A DNA stretch of 64,000 nucleotides, taken from the NCBI GenBank assembly GCA_037308085.1, contig CP147779.1, positions 2,112,001 through 2,176,000 on the forward strand. Direction: 5' to 3'. Below the pieces are notes generated by a model. That model saw nothing but the letters and a program-made list of their open reading frames with translations, was not told the DNA's origin and ran no database searches. Positions 38,219 to 48,020 of this stretch are shown in pieces; positions within the stretch are counted from its first letter, which is position 1, and each line of letters starts with the position of its first letter. Origin of the DNA: Promethearchaeati archaeon SRVP18_Atabeyarchaeia-1 (GTDB lineage Archaea > Asgardarchaeota > Atabeyarchaeia > Atabeyarchaeales > Atabeyarchaeaceae). The translations under genes were made by a program, and so were the position numbers.

Positions 38219-40486
38219 CTATAACGTGGTGTACTTGTCAATCTCATAACCCGAAGAGGGATATCTCTGCGGATTGTCACCGCTTTTATCGTTCAACTTT
38301 GCATTCTCGAAGGCGTACCATAATGTGATGGTTCCCGGCGCTTTCCCGTATAGAGTGTTCGCAAAGTAGTACAGGAACGCGTCGTACTTGAAGTCGGGAC
38401 CAAGCCTCCAAGATTGGTTGGCTGGTCCGCAAGCCGTGTATATTACTCTCTTGCTGTTGCTGATCCAGTCTATGAATCCCCCGCTGAAGCACTGCCCCAT
38501 GACGATCAGCTCCAGGCTGTACGACGTGATCTTGCCGAGGTAGTTCGACCCGTTGAAATCCTGGTCGCTGATATCCGCGCCCCATGCACAGTAGTAGGAG
38601 TGGGGATCACTACGGTCGCCATGCCCTGCCGCGAAGACGTAGATGAAGGTCTCGCTGTCAGATGCGCCTGCTATGCTGGTAAAAACTGTCGACAGGTTGG
38701 CCGGGGTCGCGCTGTAGTCTATCACATTCGAATGGCTGACGATGCGACCATACTCCCCTTCCGCGAGGTTGCTGGGGCTCGGCTGGTTGCCATCCGCATA
38801 CAAGACGTAGATCTGCGAATCCGTGTAGCCGTAGTTGACCTTCAGCGTGTCGTACATAAACATGATGTCGTTGTAATAGCAGGCGTAGTTATTTACCCTG
38901 TCCCCGCCTGAGGCGGCGAGGACGGCGAAGGCCTTAAGCGTGTAAGTCACCTGGAGGTACGGGTGCAACGTCGCATTAGAGCCGGTCGCCTCCTTGCTGT
39001 AGAAGATCTTGCGGATGTTGCTGGGGGCCGTCGGCACGCCGCTCGTCTCGTACTCGTCCTTGAAGCACTCGCTAAAGACCCTCTTCTGGTTGCTGAGGAA
39101 CCCCTGCCTGGCGTCCGCCTTGACGCTCCAGGAGAACCAGCCAGCACCGGTCGAAACCCAAGTCACAGCCGTAGCAGATGCGGCAAAACCCGGTCCTGAA
39201 TTCCACGTTATGTCCTCCTCAGTCCAGCTGTTGTCGGCGGCGTAGTGGGCGCCGATGTACCTCCACTGGCTTGAAGACAAGTATAGGTATAGGTAGATCT
39301 TCGCTGAGGATATTGATGCGCCGGCGGGCAGGCTTACAAGGGAGAACTTGACGTAGAACCGCCACCTGTAGATGGTGCCATTCTCCTCCTTGTAGAGCAT
39401 CATCCGGATGGTTTCCGACGAGCCGAAGTTAGCATTTTTGTCTTCTTCCGTCACGCCAGCGTCATCCAAGTCATCCTTGGTTGTGACCGTAGGGTCTATG
39501 CGTACGCTTCTTGATCTGTTCAGCGTGAAGTTTCCGAAGGTGAGCGTTAAGGCCTTGCATACTGGATCCAGTGCCGCCCTTGCCACAGCCAGCCCCGCGT
39601 CTTCCCAATCCACCTTCATAGCCAAGCTGTCCGAACAGCTTGCGGTACACCCCTCGAGCGTTGTCTCTTCGCCGAGGCGGTAGAAACTGATCGAGGTCAC
39701 GGCTGCTTTGTCCGCTGATGATTGTAGAAGCCTCTCGGCGCTGGACCCGTTGGACGGCATCTGCATTAGTGCGCCGGCATAGCTATAGTAGTCTCCGCTG
39801 ATGCTGGAGATCCTCCAGGTGAGCTGAGCATCCTCCGCAGTCTCGCCGCCCAACCACTCCACCAGGAATCCGACTTTGAGCGGCGATCCGGGGAGGAAGC
39901 TATAAGTGACGCTGACCTTCATTTCGGGGGCGTCTGAGGGTTCGAAGACTTGCGTTACAAAGGCGCCTGTGGAGTTCTCCTCCAAAAGGGGGCGGGCACC
40001 TCCAAGATGTGGACATGAGGGCATCCCTACTTCAGCTCTTCCGACTTGCAGCGCAAAATCTTGTGAGTAGAAGGTTGCGCCGTAGTCGTCTATGCATGCC
40101 CAAACCCTTGATGTCGCCGCGAAGCAGCCACTGCTGTTACGCGTGAAGAGCCAGTCACACCATGAGCTGTTCCATGTGCTGAAGACGTAGCGCCCAGCCG
40201 GTTATATGTTCCTCAAGCGGGTTCCATTGCCGTAGCTCCATTCTTCCCAGTCACTGCTGCGAGCGTACCCGACGCAGCCGGATGAATGCTGGCTCACGCG
40301 GCCAGTATTTGAATCAGTGTTTGGTGGTGTGCCGCGTTGGCCGAATCCTGCCCCCGTAAGAGCTGGTTGAAGAGCCGATGGTGCCACGAAGATGAAGATG
40401 ACTGCTAGGCAGACGGCATCGACCCATGTGATGTGATCTTCTCTCTTTCGCGCCCGAGCGCGTGCAAGCTTAGTCCTTGGCGTCAA
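38219..40486 (-). pseudogene. Secreted DNRLRE-like domain + C13/caspase-fold (clan CD) peptidase with one in-frame TAA
   Basis: ORFs 40202..40672 and 38219..40024 are in the same frame and separated only by TAA at 40202-40204. Motifs RFYVKFSL.SLP.GA.ISSA, WTE..ITWN, FYSKE...P.L.V (DNRLRE-like), then FAAGHG and GQCFSGGF (His/Cys dyad). The start (TTG 40486) is uncertain. Confidence 0.75.
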
Positions 40487-40664
40487 GCCAAGTGTTGCCC
40501 TCCTTCGTTCCTCCTCCTGTAAGCTGCACTGGTTCAGGGCTATCAAGAAGGTTGTACTTAAGGCTCTCGACAAATGGTTCAGCAGGAAGGCACGGCAAAC
40601 ACTCGACCATAAGTGAAACTGAATGCGTAAAGACACCGCTATCCCAAAAGCAGGGAACATCAAA

Positions 40665-40890
40665 ACGCGCAAAGCAGAGGGTACAGCTTAGATCCCAAAT
40701 ACCTGACGCCCTCTGTGCCGAATGCTACAGAGAGAATAGGGAATATCCGAGCTGATCAAGACCCTAGCTCAAACAATCCTGGAAGAGTCGAAGCATGAAA
40801 GGCTTTTTACTGTTCACAAAAAGCGCAACTAAATGCTTTTTTGGTACGCTAAAATGTCAACAGCAAAAGAAACCACCCACCATCTTTTTT
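40665..40890 (+). repeat. Degenerate direct repeat, copy R3
   Basis: TTTTTACTGTTCACA (40804-40818), 36-nt spacer, TGTCAACAGCAAAAG (40855-40869); the upstream part aligns with R1 and R2. Confidence 0.8.
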
Positions 40891-41110
40891 CTGGTGGAAG
40901 TACGTTTAGCGCGCGCGACACAAAAATGATTACCTAAAAACCTCCCTCTTTTTATTTGGCGTACTAGAAACCGCGCGCTAAAGACCAAACCCGTTTCACT
41001 GCTTCCGGGAAAAAGGAAGTGTATTAGAAAAAAACGAGCCGCATCATTTGCGCGCGCGCTGACATATTAATTAGGCGAAATAGCAAGGTGTTATTTGAGG
41101 TAAATGTGAA

Positions 41111-41314
41111 ATGCCAATAGTTCAAGTCTCTGTTTGGGAGGGCATCAGCCCTGAGAACAAGAAGAAAACAGTCGAAGGGATAACTAAAGTTTTTGAAGAT
41201 TTAGGAGTTCCCAAGGAAGCAGTCGAGATCGTCATTTATGAAGCGCCAAAGAGCAATTGGGCAACGGGTGGACAATTGCATTCAGAAAGACACGCGCACA
41301 CGCGCTCGCTATAA
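41111..41314 (+). CDS. 4-oxalocrotonate tautomerase family protein
   Basis: Catalytic Pro1 (MPIVQV), 67 aa, V.IVIYE.P..NWA.GG. Confidence 0.93.
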   Translation: MPIVQVSVWEGISPENKKKTVEGITKVFEDLGVPKEAVEIVIYEAPKSNWATGGQLHSERHAHTRSL

Positions 41315-41520
41315 GCAGCGCCACTCCCCCAGCCATAAAACCAGTGTTAGAACCACATACATACTCATATCCACAGACCAACCACATGTCCCAAAGCCCC
41401 CAGTTTCTCTTTTTTGTCTGTTTTTTCTAAGAATCTGGAACATATTCACACAAAGGCTTTTTTTGGTTGACCCGCAAAGTAGCAGTATGTCTTCTACTGC
41501 TTTCACCGGAGCGAACTAAA

Positions 41521-42249
41521 GTGATAGACCAGTCCTATAGGCAAATACTGGAGAAGGACACTCAGGACTACAAGAGCTGCCCACTCAAGTGGGATTGCGA
41601 AAACTGCGACAAGTCACTATGCCTACGGATCGTGGCACTCGCTGATTTCCCAACAAAGCATGGCCACTTTAACATAATCGGGTTCCTCAATAATAAGGAT
41701 AAGAAGGACCACCTCATGGTGGTCAAAGGAAACGTTGCCCATGAAGAGGATGTCCTTACTCGACTGCACTCTTCATGCGTGACGGGCGACGCGCTCGGCT
41801 CTCTCAGGTGTGACTGTGGTCCCCAGCTTGCCAAGTCCTTAGACAAGATGGAGAGAGAAGGCCGCGGCATCCTGCTGTACATGCAGCAAGAGGGGAGGGG
41901 AATAGGGCTAACCAACAAGATCGTAACGTATATGTTGCAGGATCTCGGCGCTGACACGTATGAAGCAAATGTAGATCTAGGATTCAAACCGGATGAGAGA
42001 GACTACGAGTTGGCTGCAGCTATGCTGCGGAGCTTGGACGTGAAAAGCATTAGGCTGCTCACCAACAACCCCGAGAAGATCGTAGAGCTTCGGCGCTATG
42101 GAATAAAGATCAGTGAAAGGATCCCTCTCCAGATCCGCCCCAACAAGTACAATCGATCATACTTAGAGACGAAGAAGGCCCGTTTCGGTCACCTTCTTTC
42201 CCTCGAGTCTGCTTCCAGGCAATCAAAGCGCCCCACCAAGCATTCATAG
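41521..42249 (+). CDS. ribA: GTP cyclohydrolase II
   Basis: RLHSSCVTGDALGSLRCDCG.QL, QEGRGIGL.NK, D.RDY, LLTNNP.K. Confidence 0.95.
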   Translation: MIDQSYRQILEKDTQDYKSCPLKWDCENCDKSLCLRIVALADFPTKHGHFNIIGFLNNKDKKDHLMVVKGNVAHEEDVLTRLHSSCVTGDALGSLRCDCGPQLAKSLDKMEREGRGILLYMQQEGRGIGLTNKIVTYMLQDLGADTYEANVDLGFKPDERDYELAAAMLRSLDVKSIRLLTNNPEKIVELRRYGIKISERIPLQIRPNKYNRSYLETKKARFGHLLSLESASRQSKRPTKHS

Positions 42250-42390
42250 CAATCCTCATCTTCTTTAGGGATCGAGTGCGCCACCCATAGCCCCCTTTCC
42301 TAGAGTTCTTCTTTTGGAAGTCCGATACCTGACGCTGAGGCATCCAACCCGGTCTGACGGAACCAGCGGGTTGGGAAAAGGCAAAGCCGA

Positions 42391-42984
42391 TCACACGTAG
42401 TCTTCAACATTCAGGTATTGACTGCACAGCGGGCAAGCCTTCTTTTTTCTGAGCCACGCGACGAGATGGCCTCTGTGCGCCAGCCTCCCGCAGTGTAGGC
42501 ACCAAGCTACGTCATCCTTCTGGTTGAGCTCAAGGTTGCAGACAATACATTTTTCTTCCTGTGGCACGGTGGGAACCACGCGTTTCGACGTCCTTGACTT
42601 GGTCATGCCTCTCGCCTTATTCATGGTAGAGGCTTCTGCCTGTTGCCTGAGGGCTGCGCCGCACCTGGGGCAAAAATCTGGGTTGGCAATACTAATGCCA
42701 GTTTGGCAGATGGCACAGCGTGCAACTGGCGAGTAATACTGCGGGTGCTCACGCCTCCATCTCTCCTCTGCATCAGCTTCCGCAAGAGCGACTTCCCCAA
42801 GTTCTGTGGTGGACGGTGGTGATACGTCTACGTGTCCGACGACATGGAGGTACCCTCTGTAGAAGGTGTTACCTTCCTTGATCTCCTTTTGACGGACGAT
42901 GGCTCCACATTTAGAGCAGGTCTTCGATTTTCCGAGGGGCGGAGCTCCCCACATCCACGCCCCGCACCTTGGACACCTAGGCAT
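42391..42984 (-). CDS. Zn-ribbon + double zinc ribbon + RING-finger protein
   Basis: CPRC..CSKC; CAIC..CPRC; CIVC-x12-CLHC-x4-HxxH-x3-W-x6-CPLC. Confidence 0.85.
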   Translation of the reverse strand: MPRCPRCGAWMWGAPPLGKSKTCSKCGAIVRQKEIKEGNTFYRGYLHVVGHVDVSPPSTTELGEVALAEADAEERWRREHPQYYSPVARCAICQTGISIANPDFCPRCGAALRQQAEASTMNKARGMTKSRTSKRVVPTVPQEEKCIVCNLELNQKDDVAWCLHCGRLAHRGHLVAWLRKKKACPLCSQYLNVEDYV

Positions 42985-43190
42985 TCGCTTCCACCCTTGC
43001 CTGTTTATTACTTGCCCACCACAATGGAATCCTCATCTATTCTATTGAGGCTTCGATCCTTTATCACTGTTGCCAAAAACCAGCCTGCAAAAGCTGAATT
43101 TGGACGTAGATACCGTGGCTACAAAACACAAAGGAGGATGAAAGTCGGGGAGGCGCTCATACGATCAAGGCAAGGCGTATTCCCACTCGC

Positions 43191-44123
43191 TCACGAGCCA
43201 ATCTCCTTCGGTTTAAGGTGCTGACCACATATGGGACATGTTCCTTTTACGTGAAGCCATTCAAGCATGTGCGTTTTGTGAGCGGGGTTGCCACAGAGCG
43301 GGCAGTAAACAATTTGGTCTGAAGGTTGCAGACCTATCTTGCAGACCATACATATCCCAGTGTCCTCCTTGGATGACCTAGTGTTTTCTTCGGTGATGCT
43401 GCTGGCCGCGGCAGGCTGTCTTGATAGGCTCGCTCCGCACGTTGAGCAGAACTTCCAGTCCGGCATGGTGATGGCGGCGCCACAGCTACTGCAGTACCTG
43501 AGAACGTTCTCGCTCTCAAGAGGCCTGCTTTGAATAGGCGACGAGACTCTTTCGTTGCCTGGCACGGGAGGAGCAGGCTGAACAGTTTCAGGACCTTGAT
43601 TAGTACCCTGTGTGGATGGCGCGCTTTGGCGAGGTCGACGCCTCGGGCGTGCGTCATAGATTTTGGAGAATATGGAAACCGAGGCTACAGATACTATGAA
43701 AATGATGAGTAGACTCACGGCGACATTCGGGGTCGTGACGATCTTGACCAACGCAGTCAGCGGGTTGGAACCCTGGTTCTGGATGACAAAGTGGTAGTTG
43801 GAATCTAATGGAATATTAACGCTGGTGCTGCCTGGCTGTGAATTTAGAAAGACGTAGCCAGAGTACGAAGACCCAAGCGTAAAGAGTTGATAGTTCACCT
43901 CATCGACCACGATAATAGTAACAAGGTAAGGCAACGTTGACCCGCTCACGCTGATAGTGACGGTGGCACCCCCTTCCAGGAACCGAGAGTACTCGCATTG
44001 CCCATGACCGTTGATTAGCACGGTCTCATCGGCAATGGTTGAGGGGGCCGCATAAAGTACCGTAGTTGATGCTATAGATATAGTCAAAACTAGCAGCAGT
44101 AGCGAGATCTTGCGACGCTGCAT
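43191..44123 (-). CDS. Type I membrane protein with cytoplasmic double zinc ribbon + RING finger
   Basis: Signal peptide, beta-rich ectodomain, TM, Pro-rich linker, CSSC..CSTC, CMVC-x12-CPLC-x4-HKTH-x3-W-x6-CPIC. Confidence 0.88.
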   Translation of the reverse strand: MQRRKISLLLLVLTISIASTTVLYAAPSTIADETVLINGHGQCEYSRFLEGGATVTISVSGSTLPYLVTIIVVDEVNYQLFTLGSSYSGYVFLNSQPGSTSVNIPLDSNYHFVIQNQGSNPLTALVKIVTTPNVAVSLLIIFIVSVASVSIFSKIYDARPRRRPRQSAPSTQGTNQGPETVQPAPPVPGNERVSSPIQSRPLESENVLRYCSSCGAAITMPDWKFCSTCGASLSRQPAAASSITEENTRSSKEDTGICMVCKIGLQPSDQIVYCPLCGNPAHKTHMLEWLHVKGTCPICGQHLKPKEIGS

Positions 44124-44452
44124 TTGCCCTCTCCCTCCACAACTTCAAGTCTAGAGTATCCTCATGATCCTCATAAATAGCTTACTTCATCAGTCGGGGC
44201 GCAGAGAAAACGGATTTGCCCGCGCCTAATCTCGACCTGCATACTTCTAGCCAATACTCTGTATGGCTTCTTGGAACCCCTTTCATTGCTAGACCCATCT
44301 AGCAGATAAGCTAATATTTAAGGTAATCGCTTCAATGCGATGCAACTCTTCCAAAATGGGGCTGCGTGCCCGTGGATAGTTGTACGGGCAAAGGGAAGTC
44401 TCCCATTGTTCAGTGTGATGCGAAGAAGGCATCCTCGGATTCCTTACACCGT

Positions 44453-45607
44453 TTACCGTGATCTTTCTTCTCCCATCAACGCGTGCACCTTTGGCATCCA
44501 TTCACTTACCAGTATTTTCTGTGGGCACTTCTCTTCGCATTTCCTGCATTGAAGGCATGCGCCCGCGCGTTCTTTCTCAGCCATAAACCTCGCGTACCTC
44601 ATGCGAGCCGTGTTGGGGTTATCATATATTATCGCGTCATTATACAACTCAAAGTTGACTAGTATGTTCACTCCATTCTCGCACGGCATGCAGTAACCGC
44701 ATCTCGTGCAGGGGATCGCTGTTCTCTCTCTGTATTTATCCTTGACGCGCTCAATCAACTGTAGCTCCTTGGACGCGAATGAATTTACGCTTGACGTGTT
44801 TGCCGATCGAATGTTCTCATAAACCTGTTTCATTGTACTCATACCACTCAACGCAACAGATACCTCTGGTTGGTTCCAGACCCACCGTAACCCCCAGTCA
44901 GCTGAGGATCGCCTCTTTTCGAAGCTGTCGAACACTTCTTGAATTGGTTTTGGCGGATTCGTCAGCCGTCCGCCTCTAAGTGGTTCCATCACGACAACGG
45001 CCAATCCCTTCGACGCGGCATACTTCAGTCCCTTTGTTCCTGCTTGGTTCTCAGTATCCATATAGTTGTACTGTATCTGGCACAAGGTCCAACCGCTGTA
45101 TGCATCAATGATCTCCCTGAAAACTTCATATTTGTCATGGAACGAGAATCCTAGGTTTCTGATTCTGCCGTCCCTGATGGCAGCTTCCGCCTTCTGCAAT
45201 AGATTTAGACCGAGAACGGTCTTCCATCTTTGTTCTTCCAGACCGTGGAAGAGGTAGATATCAACGTGATCCGTCTGCAGTTTCTTGAGCTGTTCATTCA
45301 GGTAGGTATCGAAGTCCTCAGGTCTGCGTAACGCCCACACTGGACACTTTGTGGCGAGCTTGACCTTGTCCCTGTATCCGTCACTCAATGCCTTTCCTAC
45401 GATGACTTCACCGTTCCCTCCGTGATAGGGATATGCCGTATCGATGTAGTTCACCCCTTGGTCAATGGCATAGCGGATCATCGGTATTGCTTCTTGCTCG
45501 TTTACATTTCCACTGGCGCCAACTCCATCGGTTGTGGGTAGACGCATGCAACCGAAACCAAGTGCCGAAACTCTCCAATCGAGCCGACCAAACTTCCTGT
45601 ACTGCAT
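44453..45607 (-). CDS. Aldo/keto reductase with C-terminal 4Fe-4S dicluster
   Basis: LGFGCMRLP, YIDTAYPYH, GFSFH, QIQYNY, MEPLRGG, CTRCGYCMPC, C..C.KCEEKCPQ. Confidence 0.94.
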   Translation of the reverse strand: MQYRKFGRLDWRVSALGFGCMRLPTTDGVGASGNVNEQEAIPMIRYAIDQGVNYIDTAYPYHGGNGEVIVGKALSDGYRDKVKLATKCPVWALRRPEDFDTYLNEQLKKLQTDHVDIYLFHGLEEQRWKTVLGLNLLQKAEAAIRDGRIRNLGFSFHDKYEVFREIIDAYSGWTLCQIQYNYMDTENQAGTKGLKYAASKGLAVVVMEPLRGGRLTNPPKPIQEVFDSFEKRRSSADWGLRWVWNQPEVSVALSGMSTMKQVYENIRSANTSSVNSFASKELQLIERVKDKYRERTAIPCTRCGYCMPCENGVNILVNFELYNDAIIYDNPNTARMRYARFMAEKERAGACLQCRKCEEKCPQKILVSEWMPKVHALMGEERSR

Positions 45608-45878
45608 CCTCTTCTCTCCTCGTGTCCTTGCGTATAATGTGGGATTCAATAGATCTTTTCAAGTGTTGAAGCCGCGAAGCCACGTTTCATGGTCTTCACA
45701 AGACTCTGGTTGTGATAAGTGTTGTCCTCCTCGCTTTTGAAACTACCATTGCCTCAGCAGTTGCGTGCAACTTGGGTTACTTGATTTGCATGGCACGCGA
45801 GGTTTCCCTCTACTACCCGGATCCAGGATGAGGGCCTTGTCTCAAGTCCCGTGAAAACTATATATTTACCGGCTTGGT

Positions 45879-46484
45879 ATGTTGTTTGTGGTGAATTCTA
45901 TGCCAAGGACTCAGGTTAAGATGATTATGGAAATAGGAGGAAATGTTGAGCAATTTGCTGGCGAAGCTGTTAAGAAAAAAGTTATGGAGGGAAGCGAGAA
46001 GATAACTGGCAGCACGAGTGGGACCGAAGTCGCCCACTGGGTCAAGGGTGCAATGGATAGGCTGAACTCCCTCACCGATGAGGAGACGAGGACAAAGATC
46101 ATGGAGAATTGTGGCTTCAACTGCGCACTACATAACAAGGCGCCCCTTGAGAAGGCGAGAATAAGACGGAAGAAGTTCAAGACCCTAGACGACTTTCTTG
46201 ACGCTGAGCAGAAGAAGCCGATGCCAGGAACTAGATTTTCACGCGATGGTGACAGACTCCTCTGGTATTTTACGCCGCAATCGTTCAGGACGCCGATGAG
46301 ATGTTTCTGCGGGCTACTAAGAGCGCTGCCCCAAGATGAGACTGTATCTCGCACATACTGCAATTGCTCAAGGGGTTTTGTGAAGAAGTACTGGGAAGGT
46401 GTCCTAGGCAAGCCAGTTGACGTCGATGTTCTCCAGACAGCCGTGTCTGGCGCAAGGGAATGCAAGTTTGCGATTCACATATAG
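45879..46484 (+). CDS. DUF6144-like Cys-rich protein (V4R/L-2-amino-thiazoline-carboxylate hydrolase-like tail)
   Basis: IME.CG..C, RCFC, TYC.CS.GF....E..LG.PV.V......SGA.ECKF.I. Confidence 0.7.
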   Translation: MLFVVNSMPRTQVKMIMEIGGNVEQFAGEAVKKKVMEGSEKITGSTSGTEVAHWVKGAMDRLNSLTDEETRTKIMENCGFNCALHNKAPLEKARIRRKKFKTLDDFLDAEQKKPMPGTRFSRDGDRLLWYFTPQSFRTPMRCFCGLLRALPQDETVSRTYCNCSRGFVKKYWEGVLGKPVDVDVLQTAVSGARECKFAIHI

Positions 46485-46512
46485 GGCAGCCGCCACTGGA
46501 CTGAAAAAGTCT

Positions 46513-46878
46513 ATGGTGAGTAATATACTGAGATCAACCGAGAAGGCAAGCGTCGATGACGGGATAATAGATAAGGAAATCGAACTGGCTAAGATACATG
46601 TTTTCTCATAGCGAGCCCATACAAGATACACAACAATCGTTACAACCAGCTACGCCATCTTCGTGGGGTTTGCTGTCGTCTTCTATACGCTGTACTTTGA
46701 GAACGTGCTTACTCTTGACAAATTCCTCTTCAGCTTTGCAGTACTTACTGGTGGAACGGCCTACGAGTTATGTCGTGTACGTCGAGGATATCTAAGGGCT
46801 CTCAAGAAGCTTTCTGAAATGATAGAAGCAGTCAAGGAAGGCAAAGAGTTGCCAAAGCTAGAAGAAATGATAAAGTAA
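46513..46878 (+). pseudogene. Small 2-TM protein interrupted by one in-frame TAG
   Basis: The frame from ATG 46513 continues past TAG 46609-46611 into ORF 46663..46878 without a frameshift. Confidence 0.5.
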
Positions 46879-46947
46879 TGAGGTTCAAGCTCCAACCACT
46901 GGCACGACGCATAGGAGCTGAAGACTCTCCTGCTACTTGATCGGCGG

Positions 46948-47628
46948 TCATCCTATTTCCTGTTCATTTAGGTGTCGGGAGCACACAGGGCATTTTCCCC
47001 GAACATGAATCCACTCAAGCAAGTGCACTCTGTGAGCTGCGCTACCGCAGTGCGGACAATGGGCAATTTGGTCAGTGTCGAGTAGGCTGAATCCACAGAC
47101 CATGCATTGACCTGGATGGACTTCCCGAGCTGAAATACTGCTTCTCCCAGTTGGACTACCTGAATCCAGTTCAATTAGGCTCGCCCCGCAGTTTCTGCAG
47201 AATCTCCAATCTGACTTGCCAACGGTCGCGCCGCAGTACTTGCAGTACCCTAAGGCGCCGCGTTCCTGTGGCATGCTGGTCAGCGCGTCTACCCTGCTCT
47301 GCCGCTGGTCAGCGCGAGTGGGCCTTGCCTGCAATCCCCTGCGAGCGGTTTCCTCAGGCGAGGTCGGCGTGGGTCGCCTGACTATCTCCAACTTCCTTGA
47401 AGATCCTAGAATTGCGAAGAAGGATGGGAAGAGAAGCCAGAGGAACAACAATGATGCGTTTATGGCGATGAACACGAAGAGCCCGCAGAATAGGATGGCA
47501 AGGGCAAACGGTGCTGCGCCCCCAGATGCTGAGCATCGGAGTGTGGCGTGACACCTTGAGCAGGAGAAGTCTTCGTAGCGTCTCGCCCTCACAGCTATCC
47601 AGTTGCCGCAGTTTGGGCATCTTGGCAT
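46948..47628 (-). CDS. Zn-ribbon + 2 TM + double zinc ribbon + RING-finger protein
   Basis: CPNC..CSRC; two TM; CKYC..CRNC; CMVC-x12-CPHC-x4-HRVH-x3-W-x6-CPVC. Confidence 0.88.
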   Translation of the reverse strand: MPRCPNCGNWIAVRARRYEDFSCSRCHATLRCSASGGAAPFALAILFCGLFVFIAINASLLFLWLLFPSFFAILGSSRKLEIVRRPTPTSPEETARRGLQARPTRADQRQSRVDALTSMPQERGALGYCKYCGATVGKSDWRFCRNCGASLIELDSGSPTGRSSISAREVHPGQCMVCGFSLLDTDQIAHCPHCGSAAHRVHLLEWIHVRGKCPVCSRHLNEQEIG

Positions 47629-48020
47629 GTTTCTTTCTCACCACCAAAAGACTCCTAGGTGTTCTCGTCTATTTAAGGAAATCGCTTTCATGTTATGGAA
47701 TACACGGTGCCTTGCTCGCTCAGCCAGTTCAGCAGGTACGTTCCTCAGGAGAGTCTATCGTCGTCTTTTCTATGGTGCATTTTGCTTACAATGCCTCCAG
47801 CTCTGTGTGTTCCGTGATACCGCCTTGGCGCTGACGGGCCTTCCGGTTGGAGAAGCGATCACTCCTGCTCTCGATTCACGTTGAGAGTACTTCCTTTCGG
47901 TGAATGCCGATTACTTGCATCTAACTCTCCATATGTCGAAACAGGATGCTTCACGTTGTTGTAAAGTATTTTAGGTCGGAGCGAATGAGCAGACAGCAAC
48001 AAGCTGTTCTGGTGAGGGAA

